From Octopus vulgaris (taxonomy: Eukaryota), in assembly GCA_951406725.2 (NCBI GenBank), contig OX597819.1:122326001-122390000 (forward strand): a stretch of DNA of 64,000 nt. The letters are read 5' to 3'. This document shows, piece by piece, positions 24,769-36,873 of this stretch. Within the stretch, counting starts at the first letter, position 1. Each line of letters begins with the position of its first letter. The translations under genes and the position numbers were made by a program. The notes below the pieces were generated by a model, which saw only the letters and a list, made by a program, of their open reading frames with translations, was not told the origin of the DNA and made no database searches.

Positions 24769-25155
24769 ATTATCGATTAAAAGTTTTTCAAGGCGGTGCC
24801 CCAGCATGGCGGGAGTCTAATGATTGAAACAAGTAAAAGATTAAAAAAATAACCAAATTCACTCAGAAACGACCGGTCCAGAGGGTCGCATGTACCCTGC
24901 CTACCCAACCCCAATCTACTTGTAAGAGTTTGTATTCCGTTTATTTTACTTTTTATTTATACAGTCAAAAAGTCATCGACCGATCCCCTACCTGGCCACA
25001 TGAGCTGCTAGAAAAAATAACCACATGTTCATCACGTTGTACCTTCTCGTCTTACCTGAAGAACTTTGGACCAAGGTTAGCCCGATCAAGGTTGACACGG
25101 GGCTAAACAATTACAAACGAGGCGATCGGAAATTCATTACAAAATGTAAACTTAC

Positions 25156-25226
25156 CGTTTCAATAAACTGAGCAATTTTTTAAAATTTAATTTCTGAGTT
25201 TTCGTCAAATGTTTACATAAATTCAT
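25156..25226 (-). CDS. Candidate first exon (MNLCKHLTKTQKLNFKKLLSLLKR..., phase-2 donor); may be a uORF or 5' UTR
   Basis: AAAATG start context, open frame up to a consensus CG|GTAAGT donor, about 40 bp downstream of an ETS motif. Confidence 0.4.
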
Positions 25227-25239
25227 TTTGTAATTGATC

Positions 25240-25275
25240 AACCGGTGTCTCAAGCGGTGACACACCGGAAGTGTT
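25240..25275 (-). promoter_or_regulatory. Candidate housekeeping promoter with ETS/GABP-type motif
   Basis: ACCGGAAGTG at ~25264-25273 in non-repetitive, CpG-retaining DNA next to a donor-terminated exon. Confidence 0.5.
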
Positions 25276-25852
25276 TCTTAGTTGTAAAAAGTCCATGTGA
25301 GTTTTGTAAAGGAAGACTACAGAATAAATGGGACAACGTTATTATACGAAATAATATTATATTATACTACAAAGCTAGTTTAGTTCTAAGATATCTGTTC
25401 TCTTTTTTACGTATGTTCTTTTGAGATTATCTTTCTTCTTATAACTTATTCGATTGATTCGCTTCTGCATTCCTCTCCTGTCCCGGCAGAAGGAAAGCCA
25501 TTATAAAGTAGCATTACTCGCTAGAAAGAGCAGCCAAAAAATTTTCATATCACGTTTAAGCATAATCTGTAAAATAACCCTAGAAACAATGCCTGGAATA
25601 TTCTTGTTATAGATTTGCTTTGCTGACCGAAAGTTAAACAAAAAATCAAGCCAACAATTTCAGAGGAGAAGTAGGTCGATTACATCGACCCCGAAAGGAT
25701 GAAAGGCAAAGGTGACCCCGGCGGAATTTCAACTCACAATGTAAAGTCGGAAGAAATGCCGCAAAACATTTTGTCCGGCGCGGTTATCTACTCTGATTTT
25801 GTTTCCCCGTAACATTCTGAAAAATGGATATTTTAAAATGAAAATTTCTATA

Positions 25853-26280
25853 GGCGCAGGAGTGGCTGTGTGGTAAGTAGCTTGCTTACCAACCACATGA
25901 TTCCGGGTTCAGTCCCACTGCATGGCACCTTGGGCAAGTGTCTTCTGTTATAGTATCGGCCCGACCAAAGCCTTGTGAGTGAATTTGGTAGACGGAAACT
26001 GAAAGAAGCCCGTCGTATATATGTATATATATATGTATGTGTGTGTGTATGTTTATGTGTCTGTGTTTGCGCCCCCCCCCCCCCAACATCGCTTGACAAC
26101 CGATGGTAGTGTGTTTACGTCCCCGTAACTTAGCGGTTCGGCAAAAAGTGACCGATAGAATAAGCACTAGGATTCCAAAGAATAAGTCCTGGGGTCGATT
26201 ATATTCGACTAAAAGGCGGTGCTCCAGCATGGCCGCAGTCAAATGACTGAAACAAGTAAAAGAGTCAAAAGAGTAGAGTA
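25853..26280 (+). mobile_element. Full-length SINE family A
   Basis: Consensus head and tail; an opposite-orientation copy follows at ~26410-26780. Confidence 0.9.
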
Positions 26281-26586
26281 AATATCTTTCAGATAGCGTA
26301 GATTACAGTTATGTCGGAATAGGTATGACAAAAGAAAAAGGTGTGTGTGTGTGTGGGGGGATATTTTATACACCTGGACTTTTGCTTCTTTGGTTTTTAT
26401 CTTAACACTTTTACTCGTTTTAGTGTTTAAGTCATCAGATTGCGCCCATGCTGGGTCACTGCCTTAAAAAGTTTAGTCGAACAAATCGACCTCAGGACTT
26501 ATTCTATCGGTATCTTTTTACCGAACCGGTAAGTCACAGAGACGTAAACAAACCAACAGTAGTTGTCAAGCAGTGCTCGATACACA

Positions 26587-26620
<34 letters not shown>

Positions 26621-27082
26621 CACTCTCACACACTCATTAATACGAAGGGCTTCTTTCAGTTTCCGTCAACCAAATCCACTTAGAAAGGCTTTGATCAGCC
26701 CAAGGCTTCAGCAGAAATCATTTGTCCAAGGTTCCACTCAGTGGGACTGAACCTGGAACCATATGGTTATGAAGCAACTACACCGCCGATGTAGATAACC
26801 ATTACGTTGGAAAAAAAAACTTTTGAGGACACTTCCACCCTTAACTTTCTGGAATTTGTTAAATGAATAATTTGATGTGTCTGGGGAGGGTCATTCTCTT
26901 TTAGTCCGTTATTATTTAACACACGCACCGGTAAAGTTTCCACTCATTTACTTATTATTTTTTCCAAAATTTTCGCTGCGTCTTGCAACCTTTTCAGAAG
27001 TCGTTGACCCTGTCCGTTATCCGAGCTGTGTTCTTTTTGTTTGTTTGTGCGCATGTGTGCGTCAGTGTGCATATGTATATAC

Positions 27083-27113
<31 letters not shown>

Positions 27114-27127
27114 TGTATGTATGTATG

Positions 27128-27682
27128 TCAAGTTAGGTCACTTTCGAGTGCTACTGGTAACATGTAACCCAGTACAACCCCTTTGCATGGTCGGGTCGTC
27201 GGCGACTAAACCGTCAACCCCACCAAGCTTGCTTGGTGAGGAGGGTGTTTATTGGACACCCTGCGGGATGAAAAACAAAACCCATCAAACGGCGGAGGAA
27301 CTCTTGAGAGTCAACGGCCATCCAATAAATGTCTTAAGGCTGTATCATGCGCGGGGACATAGAAATAATCGGCTGGATACCCGATCGCGCGGTTAAACCA
27401 TTGGGAGTGAAGGACTCCTAGCCTTCGTTAGGGCATCCTTCTAGGAGAAGGTAACTCAGTTAAACTGGGATAACTCCGACATAAAACAGCGGCTCAGTGG
27501 TTACCGATGATGTTGACTTGTTCTTCTTTTCGGATTATGGCTGCTGTTGCTTAGTGAGTGGGATTGACTCAGTGCACAGCCTTTCCTCACTTCAAAAAAA
27601 AATCTTCTTGCACAGGCATTGCACGATAATAACATTAAGCTTCGTGCAATGACCATACTCAGTAACGAGGGGGCAGCCACCA
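27128..27682 (+). mobile_element. Non-coding bipartite RTE derivative inserted in (ATGT)n
   Basis: Hairpin-rich 5' part resembling an RTE 5' UTR; 3' tail GCTTCGTGCAATGACCATACTC..AACGAGGGGGCAGCCA shared with the RTE end at 41625-41670(-). Confidence 0.7.
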
Positions 27683-27827
27683 TGTATGTATGTATGTATG
27701 TATGTATGTATGTATGTATGTATGTATGTATGTATGTATGTATGTATGTATGTATGTATGTGTGTATGTGTGTGTGTGCGTATGTATATATTTGTATGTG
27801 TGTATGTTTGTTTGTATTCCGCATATT

Positions 27828-27867
<40 letters not shown>

Positions 27868-27910
27868 GTCACGTGATTCATTTGTAGAAAATTTAATTAT
27901 TAAACATCTA

Positions 27911-28083
27911 ATTTTTCAGAACGTTCTGAGGAAACAAAGTCGATGGCGGCTGATGGTGCATCTCTGCAGTTATGCGTCGACAAAATCCTGTTTTTTGGTG
28001 TTTATAAGTAATCACCTCCACAACTGAACCCGGTAATTTCAAGCTCAGATCCCAGACAGTGTCTGGAACTCTGGTCGATATTC
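27911..28083 (-). CDS. Possible terminal coding exon (..ISTRVPDTVWDLSLKLPGSVVEVITYKHQKTGFCRRITAEMHHQPPSTLFPQNVLKN*)
   Basis: TTTGTTGCAG acceptor followed by ~57 open codons in unique DNA; no family recognised. Confidence 0.25.
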
Positions 28084-28602
28084 CTGCAACAAACTATTAA
28101 CGGCGGAGTTACCAGTTATAACTACCAAGTTTAATGTCAAGATGCAGCGGAGAAATGAATTAAGAAGAACAATATTTATTGCTTAATTAAAATGACCATT
28201 TATTAGGATTGTTATGACGTTACAATACAGAAAATAACATTTTATAATTGTTTGTGTACACAGAATTATTTGTAGATCTGTCCATTCTAGATAAAAGGAA
28301 TGTAAGTAGATAGAAAAGATAACAAATCTACTCTTGCGCATTGCTCAAGATATTGGGACAGTTTTGTTCTTCGGCCAGACGTAGAATGACTGAAGAGACG
28401 GGTCGACCCAAAGAGAAAGAAAGCCATTTGGCGTCACGAATTTATATTCTTCGTAACTGAATCAGGTCAAGCGAAAACAAAGGATTTCTCCTCTCTAATC
28501 AGCTTTGACCGATGAATGCCGAGAGAAAGATCAAGAGATCAGCTTATTCTTATAAACTTCTCATAAACCAAGAAAGCTGGTAGATCTATCTATCAACATC
28601 TG

Positions 28603-28668
<66 letters not shown>

Positions 28669-28960
28669 CATCTGTCTGCCTGTCTATCTATTTACCTACC
28701 TACCTATCTCTACCCCCTCTCTCTCTATCTATTTAAATGTATATATTTATATATTAGTCTCTGGTTTGTGAGTATAAGTGTATCTGCATATGTAAGTGCA
28801 CTCACATAGACTCGCTTTCCCACGCCCGCGCACACTCACGCATACATGCATAATACGTACATACATACATACATGCATACATACATGCACACGCTCACGC
28901 ATAGACATATGCCAGTGCGTTTGTGTGTATACACCCACACATGTGCGTATGTCCCTATAT

Positions 28961-29027
<67 letters not shown>

Positions 29028-29619
29028 CATACATACAATCGAATGAGCAAGGACGGACGAAACAGAATAGGATAAACGGATGAACGGTCAATCCAATAAA
29101 ATGAATAGATGAATGGATATATAAATAGATAAAAGAACGAAACAATAATGTAATTGAAAAATGAATAAAATGCATGGCAGAATATTTGATGAATGAAGGA
29201 ATGGATAGTTGTAGTAGTAATGCCAACCAGCCAGGGCTGGGGGGGCCGCCTTCGGAGTAATGCTATGGCTCAAAAGAAGTTAACATGCGTGAATGTGTTT
29301 GAAGCTTGTCAGGTGGGCGGCATGTAGGACTTACATTACGGCTAATGGCAGTTTGTAAATATATGTAAACATGTATTGAAGCTGTACAGTGAATCCTCCT
29401 CCGCTCATGAAAAACTGCTTGCTTTATCTTGTATCTTTAATTTGGTTTCAGCCGGAGGCTGAGGCCCGGCTGGGGGACCGCGTTGCAGTGTGTTTGGGGT
29501 TCTTTTTTCTGTGCTGTTTCTGGTGAAGTAACGAGTTGGATGGAGCTGCTCTTTGTGCCTCCTTCATCTGGTGTCTCAAATAAAAATTTATCCAGACGCT
29601 CTTTGAAGACATCCGCATC

Positions 29620-30258
29620 ATATTCTTTACCTTTTGACCTACAGATTTAAAAAATAATTTTTTGTAGCTAAACACTTTCAAACTTCGGACACTGGTAGAA
29701 TGTATCATATAAAGCATCTTTGACTCTTAGCGTTTTTGAGAAGAACTTATATTTACGAAATTATTTCACGTTAAAGTTGTCCTATTTCGGTAATTTCAAC
29801 CAATCAATGACGTGTATTCAGCCGAATAACATTGCTGCTGTTGTTTGTCAACAAGAACTTCCGGCGGTGTATATTTCGTTTGTCACTGTTATCTATGACA
29901 ACCCTAACCCTAAAACCTTAACCGTAACCCTAAAACCTTAACCCTAACCCTAAAACCCTAACCCTAACCCCTTAAAGCTAAAACCAGTACAAACGCACGA
30001 ACGATGTCATAAATAATAGTGGCAAACGAAATATACACCGCCGATAGTTGTTGTTGACAAACAACAGCAGTAATTTTATTCAGCTGAATACACGTCATTG
30101 ATTGGTTGAAATTACCGAAATAGGACAACTTTAACGTGAAATAACTTCGTAAATATAAGTTTTATATATGACACATTCTACCAGTGTCCGAAGTTTGAAA
30201 GTGTTTAGTTACCAAAAAATTATTGTTTTTAATCTGTAGGTCAAAAAGTAAAGATCCC
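29620..30258. mobile_element. Foldback DNA element with ~250-275-bp inverted arms around a (CCCTAA)n core
   Basis: 29624-29900 is the reverse complement of ~30005-30254 (one indel); imperfect 7-bp TSD CCGCATC/CCACATC. Confidence 0.9.
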
Positions 30259-30479
30259 CCACATCTACACCTCGGAAATCTCTGAAGCTGTTTGGCAGAA
30301 TGTTGAATAGATGTGGGCCCTTAAAACACAAGCTGTTGCAGTACTGGGTCCTTATTCGACATGGAGAAGACGGGATCTTTGGTAGTATGCAATGCCATCC
30401 AGTTCAGTTGTTGGTACAGCTATCAATTCCAAAGTTGGGAGCTAGACCTTCCAGAATCTTCCATTTTTATTTATTTTAT

Positions 30480-30888
30480 TTTATTTTATTTTACTTGTTT
30501 CAGTCATTTGACTGCGGCCATGCTGGAGCAGCGCCTTTAGTCGAGCAAATCGACCCCGGGACTTATTCTTTTTGTAAGCCCAGCACTCACTCTATCGGTC
30601 TCCCCTGTCGAACCGCTAAGTGACGGGGACGTAAACACACCAGCATCGGTTGTCAAGTAATGCTAGGGGGACAAACACAGACACACAAACATATACACAC
30701 ACACTTATATATATATACATATATACGACAGGCTTCTTTCAGTTTCCGTCTACCAAATCCACTCACAAGGCATTGGTCGGCCCGGGGCTATAGTAGAAGA
30801 CACTTTCCCAAGGTGCCACGCAGTAGGACTAAACCCGGAACCATGTGGTTGGTTAGCAAGCTACTTACCACACAGCCACTCCTGCGCC
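30480..30888 (-). mobile_element. SINE family A with probable TSD CTTCCAT
   Basis: Splits the CR1-like reading frame at YIWK|ILEG. Confidence 0.9.
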
Positions 30889-31191
30889 TTCCATATGTAT
30901 TTCATCGCATATCTTTCACTCCTTCCCTCAAGGAAGTGGAACTCCACTTCTTTTAGCCTTTCCCAGTCGCTCATCTGTTTCACCGAGTCAATCTTTTTTG
31001 TGTAGTGGTGCTGGATTGCCTCCAGTCCCGCCACCAGTTTAGCGCTCTTTGGGGACCATAGCTGGGAGCAGTAATCCAGTCGACTAAAGAACAAAAGTTC
31101 TCCATAGGAGTAACGTGGTATCCTTCTTAGTATTCCAGACTGAGCAGAAAATCAAACAAACAGAAAAAAAAAGAATACACACACACACACA

Positions 31192-31239
<48 letters not shown>

Positions 31240-32168
31240 CACATTTCTGTTTTTTTTTTTAAAACCTGGTTTTGATTGGTTTGGCGTTCGGGTAATTTCC
31301 TTCTTTCATAATTTAGTTGTTTCTGGGCTATTAAGGATCTTTATATTTTTGTTGGTCGAACCTATTCATTCCAATAAAGAATTCACGAAGAAAAGCCTAA
31401 TTTTGATTACAAAAGGATTATTTTTCGTTTTGTTTTGGAATTAATTAAGCTTGGAAACTGCTTGTAGAATCTTTATCGGATATGTACCAACTTTGTATTA
31501 AAAGATCGTCTACACATATTTTTCTTTTCCTCATACTTTATATATATTCAACTGCATGGTTGAAACGAGTAAAAGTGTACGACGAGTTTCTTTCAGTTTC
31601 TAACTACCAAATCCAACCAGAAGGTTTTGGCTGACTCGAGTTCATAACAGAAGACACTTGCTTGAGGTATTACGCAGCAGAACTGAATCCGAAACTATAA
31701 TGGTTGAGAAGCAAACGCCTTACCATTTGACCATGCCTACGCCAGAAAAGCAAAACCATTCTAGGAAAAAAAAAACAAAAAAATGGATTTAATCAAAATA
31801 TTTCTGGTGCTGGATTTGCAATAATTTACGATATGTATTATATTGATATTTAATGGAAACAGCAGGACAGATCAGGACAGATGACAGATGATGGAACAGA
31901 TCTTCGATCGATCACTAACCTTTTGAATCACTTGGCTGTGTGAATGATAATATTTTTAGGCGATTTACTGATCACAGTAATTACTGGTGGTTTTCTTTTC
32001 ATCAGAAAAATTTCTTTAAATCAAAATCACTTTTATTACCGAGTAAGCTTGAAATTAAGCTTCCGTCACTAGAAGAACTGATGGTGGGAAACAGCCTTCC
32101 AAAAAGAAGAAAATACCTATTTCTTTACTACCCCTTGTGGGTAGTAAAGAAATAGGTATTATTTAAAA

Positions 32169-32535
32169 CTAGCAGTATCGCCCGGCGTTGCTCGGGTTTG
32201 TAAGGGAAATAACTATAAAGCATTTTTAGAGAGTTATAGCCAAAATGGGAAAAAAATTATGGTAAATTTTTTTAGTTAAAAAGGTCGAGTTGCGTCCCCT
32301 AGACAGTCTGTGGTTTGTGTTTCTGATTCTCGACCCCATGTTGAATTTATCGATTTTTTTCAGAACTGGGGGAACTTTTCAAAATTTTCGCTGCGTTAGT
32401 TTTGAATTATGTCATTGGGCTATGTGTGTGTCAAGTTTCATCAGAATCGGTTGAAAGCCGTGGTCAGGGTGAGGGTACAACCTAACAGACACACAGAAAC
32501 ACACACAGACAAACTGCCGTTTATATATAGAGAGA
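32169..32535 (-). mobile_element. Non-autonomous Helitron
   Basis: A|TC ... CCCGAGCAACGCCGGG hairpin ... CTAG|T; same family as 9291-9674. Confidence 0.85.
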
Positions 32536-33017
32536 TTCGTGAAACACAGAGAGAACAAACACGGAAACAAACGGATTAAGTCGATTATATCGACCCCAGT
32601 CCGTAACTGGTACTTATTTAATCGACCCCGAAAGGATGAAAGGCAAAGTCGACCTCGGCGGAATTTGAACTCAGAACGTAGCGGCAGACGAAATACCGCT
32701 ACGCATTTCGCCCGGCGTGCTAACGTTTCTGCCAGCTCCACTTTCTGTGTTACACTAATTGTTGCTCTCGCTTACACACGCACACGCACATTCACGCATA
32801 TGTATTCACACACTTTCTCGTTCGTTACCCTTTTTCGGCCATATATACAAAGTACATTGTAATAGGATAATTGTTAAAATTCGTTATTTAAAATCACGGA
32901 AAAGCTGTTAGGCAATTTTAGATATAACCACGGGAAGGAGAAAACAATTTATTTCTTAATTGTATAAATTTGAAAATAATTTTTGAGGTCTTATGTTATA
33001 TAAATCCGGTGGTTAAA

Positions 33018-33083
<66 letters not shown>

Positions 33084-34626
33084 TTTCCTTCCCCCCACCT
33101 TTTTTTAAATTATAATGTCCTCTTTCTTTCCATTTACGATCCCTTTTGATCGAAAACCAAACCCCCTCCTTTTACCCCCAAAAGAAAAGCTCTACCTTGT
33201 AATTTTGTCCTGTCTGTGTGCAGCCCTGTGTGGCTAATAAAGAAACATATCTATCTATCTATCTATCTATCAATCCATTCATCCATCCGTCTCTGTCTGT
33301 CTGTCTGTCTGTCTATCTGTGTGTCTGCCTGCTTGTCTGTTTGTCTGTCTGTATATATATATATATATACTCTATGCCTGTATTGTATGTATGTATGTAT
33401 GCCTGTGTACACACACACACACACACTCATTAAAAATTTAAGCAGAAGAATGACAAAGGAATAAACAGAAAGTTTAGACACAAGGCATGGATATTCTCTT
33501 TCCTCGTCAATTATCATACAAAAATCATCACAATTTCACGCCTTTAACGATAATACACTGTTCATTTGGGTGGCGCCAGCAGAGAAGAATTGCTGGGAAT
33601 AATGAACGAACGTGGAGGACGGTGATGAAAAACTAACACGGCACAAGTATTTGGTACAAATGTAAGTATACAAATAGCATAAAGCTCGTACGGCTCTGAG
33701 ACAACATTAGGCCAAGACATATGAAAGTAACGCAATGGAAAATTTATATATATATAAATGTATGTGTGTATATGTTTGTGTATCTGTGTTTGTCCTCCCA
33801 ACATCGATTGACAACCGATGCTGGTGTGTGTACGTCACCATAACTTAGCGGTTCGGCAAAAGAGACCGATAGAATAAGTACTAGGCTTACGAAGAATAAG
33901 TCCTGGGGTCGATGTGCTTGACTAATGGTGGTGCTCCAGCATGGCCACAGTCAAATGACTGAAACAAGTAAAAGAGTAAAGAGTTTAAGCTTTGGCACAA
34001 GGCCAGTAATTTCATGGAGAGTACTAATCGATTACATCGAACCCAGAGCTCAACTTGTACATATTTTATCGACCCCGAAAAGATAAAACACAAAGTCGAC
34101 TCCGGCGGAATTTGAACTCAGAACATGAAGACATGCCGCTAAGCATTTCGCCCGGTTTGTTAACAATTCTGCCAGCTCACCGCCTTCATATCGATAACAA
34201 TGTTTTGATTTATAACGTAGGTGTAAATCCATATAATTTTGTGGGTAAAGATCTAATCGATTATATCGATCACAACACTTGATTGGTATTTTATCAATGT
34301 CGGAAGGATTAAATCCGTTCAGCCAGAGCTAATCTGGTGTTACACAACAACAACCTCGGAGATATGAAAGGCTGAGCCAACTTCTTGATCTCGGACCGTA
34401 AAGAGATTAAATATAACGCATGTCATTTTGTTGAACGTTTGATCGAGTCGGACAACGATTGACTTAATTATAAAAACACTGATTTCTAATAAAAAGATAT
34501 GTATTTTAATGGAGAGGTATACATTTACTCCAGTTAAATATAATTGTTATTTTCGTAGCTTCAGTTAAGATTCTAATTGAACAGAACACTATTAAAATGC
34601 TTTTCAAATCCTTTCTTTATCCATTA

Positions 34627-35142
34627 CTAGCAGTATCACCCGGCGTTGCTCGGGTTTGTAAGGGAAATAACTATATAAGCATTTTTAGAGAGTTATAGCC
34701 AAAAAATAGCAAAAAAATGCATTAAAAATGGAAAAAAATGATGGTAATTTTTTTTTTAAATCGTAGACTCATCGTAGACACTTTAGAGAGTTACTTCCCT
34801 TATATAATAGCGAAAAAATGCATTAAAATGGAAAAAATGATGGTAAATTATTTTTTAAATCGTTGACTCATCGTAGACACTTTAGAGAGTTACTTCCCTT
34901 ATATAATAGCGGAAAAAATGCATTAAAATGGAAAAATGATGGTAATTTTTTTTAAAAATCGTAGACTAATCGTAGACTAATCGTAGACTCATCGTAGACG
35001 CGCGCTAATACCCAGAAGGGCTCGATAATAATCACGACTATAAGATACCCGGTTTTGGTTAAACTGCACTGCAAAATGTGGGAGTAGTTAGGAATCTAAA
35101 TCGTAGGAGACAGACACACAACCTCACTTTTATATATAAAGA
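34627..35142 (-). mobile_element. Helitron variant with shared 3' end, different 5' end and internal ~99-bp duplications
   Basis: CTAG plus hairpin end shared with the other two copies; TC start at 35142. Confidence 0.8.
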
Positions 35143-35316
35143 TAACTCAATATTCTAATTCTTGCGGTTAATATGATATCTGATGACGTAAGATAATGGG
35201 TAGGCACAATTAGGGCTTCGATTGAAAATCTGTCGAAGCAGCTACTTTAAATGCAACTTTAAAAGCAGGAATGCGATAGATACCTAAATGTTGTTTGTCT
35301 ATCCTCTTATTCTGTT

Positions 35317-35359
<43 letters not shown>

Positions 35360-35431
35360 CATACATACATACATACATACATACATACATACATACATAC
35401 ATACATAAATACATACATACATATATACATA

Positions 35432-35593
35432 GGTGCAGGAGTGACTGTGTAGTAAGAAGCTTGCTTATCAACCACATGGTTCCGGGTTCAGTCCCACTGC
35501 GTGGCACCTTGGGCAAGTGTTTTCTACTATAGCCTCGAGCCGACCAAAGTCTTGTGAGTGGATTTGGTTGACGGAAACTGAAAGAAGCCCGTC

Positions 35594-35675
<82 letters not shown>

Positions 35676-35897
35676 ATGTTTGTGTGTCTGTATTTGTCTC
35701 CCCAATATCGCTTGACAACCGATGCTGGTGTGTTTACGTTCCCGTAACTTAGCGGTTCGGCAAAAGAGACCGATAAGAATAAGTACTAGGCTTACAAAGA
35801 ATAAGTCCCGGTGTCGAATTGCTCGACTAAAGGCGGCGCTCCAGCATGGCTGCAGTCAAATGACTGAAACAAGTAAAAGAGTAAAAAGAGTAAGAGT
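35432..35897 (+). mobile_element. Full-length SINE family A
   Basis: Consensus match with expanded internal (TA)n. Confidence 0.9.
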
Positions 35898-36064
35898 ATA
35901 CAAACATGCTAACCTGGTGGTCGTCTTTTCATGACCGAGGAAGTCCATAACTGATCACGACTCATGCAAAATGTGTGCAATGCCTGCGTATTAGGTTATT
36001 GCATGCGCGGTCGGGCTTCACCCAGTATTGCGTCTGTGGTTTCTATGCACGCTCTGCGACGCTC

Positions 36065-36682
36065 TCTTAGTGGTAAGACCATAGCGGATCTACTTCTAGC
36101 ATAAGGGTTGTCCACATAGTGGTCGTCCCTCTCATATGTATATTATACAATTTTACTGAACCTTCAGATTTTTATATGCTAGACCAATGGTGTGAAATTG
36201 ATGTTAATTAGATTAATATCAAATTTTCTCACCCTCATTTTAAATTTGAATTTAAATTAATACGTTCTCTAACCGGCAAAAGCCACTTCAGTAAATTATT
36301 TTCTGCAGTATTATTTTTTCCGGTAATTTAGCGCGCCAAAACGAAGACATTTGAATAGTAACCACGAGTGTAACATGTAGAACTATATACAGATCTGCAT
36401 TTGTGCGGACGTCCTAGTATATAGTTCTGCAAATTATATTTGTTTGGACGGTCACACCGAAAATCTACGGACAAATTGCGTAAGTAAAATTACGTAATAT
36501 GTTAATAGCGAAACATGTATGTAAATAATTCCATATTTTTGTTGCTTTTCTTTTGCCTTGTTCGATTACGTTCTGGTGTTTGCTAAACTTTTCTTGAGAA
36601 CATTTCTTAGTGGTAAGACTATAGCGGATCTACTTCTAGCATAAGGGTTGTCAACATAGTGGTCATCCCTCACATATGTATA
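36065..36682. repeat. ~78-bp direct repeats 540 bp apart
   Basis: TCTTAGTGGTAAGAC.ATAGCGGATCTACTTCTAGCATAAGGGTTGTC.ACATAGTGGTC at 36065 and 36605. Confidence 0.85.
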
Positions 36683-36873
36683 TGTATATATATTGTTGCA
36701 CATATGTACATATATGTATCATGTTTAATTAAAACTGATGATGCGAGATTCGGGCAAATCTGATACGACTCGGTATTAGCATTGCTTGTGTTTGTTCTTT
36801 TGGCACAAAGAACCTGGCTACCCACTTACTTCAACGGGTATATATACACCACCCCAATACCGAGTCTTATCAT

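Larger units (their letters stand above)
29370..31140 (-). pseudogene. 3' end of a CR1-like LINE ORF2, interrupted by a foldback element and a SINE
   Basis: SRLDYCSQLWSP..LEAIQ..YIWK | ILEGLAPN..GPHLFNILP..RGVDV | DVFKERLDKFLFETPDE..RAAPSNSL are contiguous once the inserts are removed. Confidence 0.85.

Noticed and set aside
29900-29972. Chromosome end or telomere fusion
   Set aside because: Short degenerate tract in a single orientation, internal to a TIR element with a TSD.
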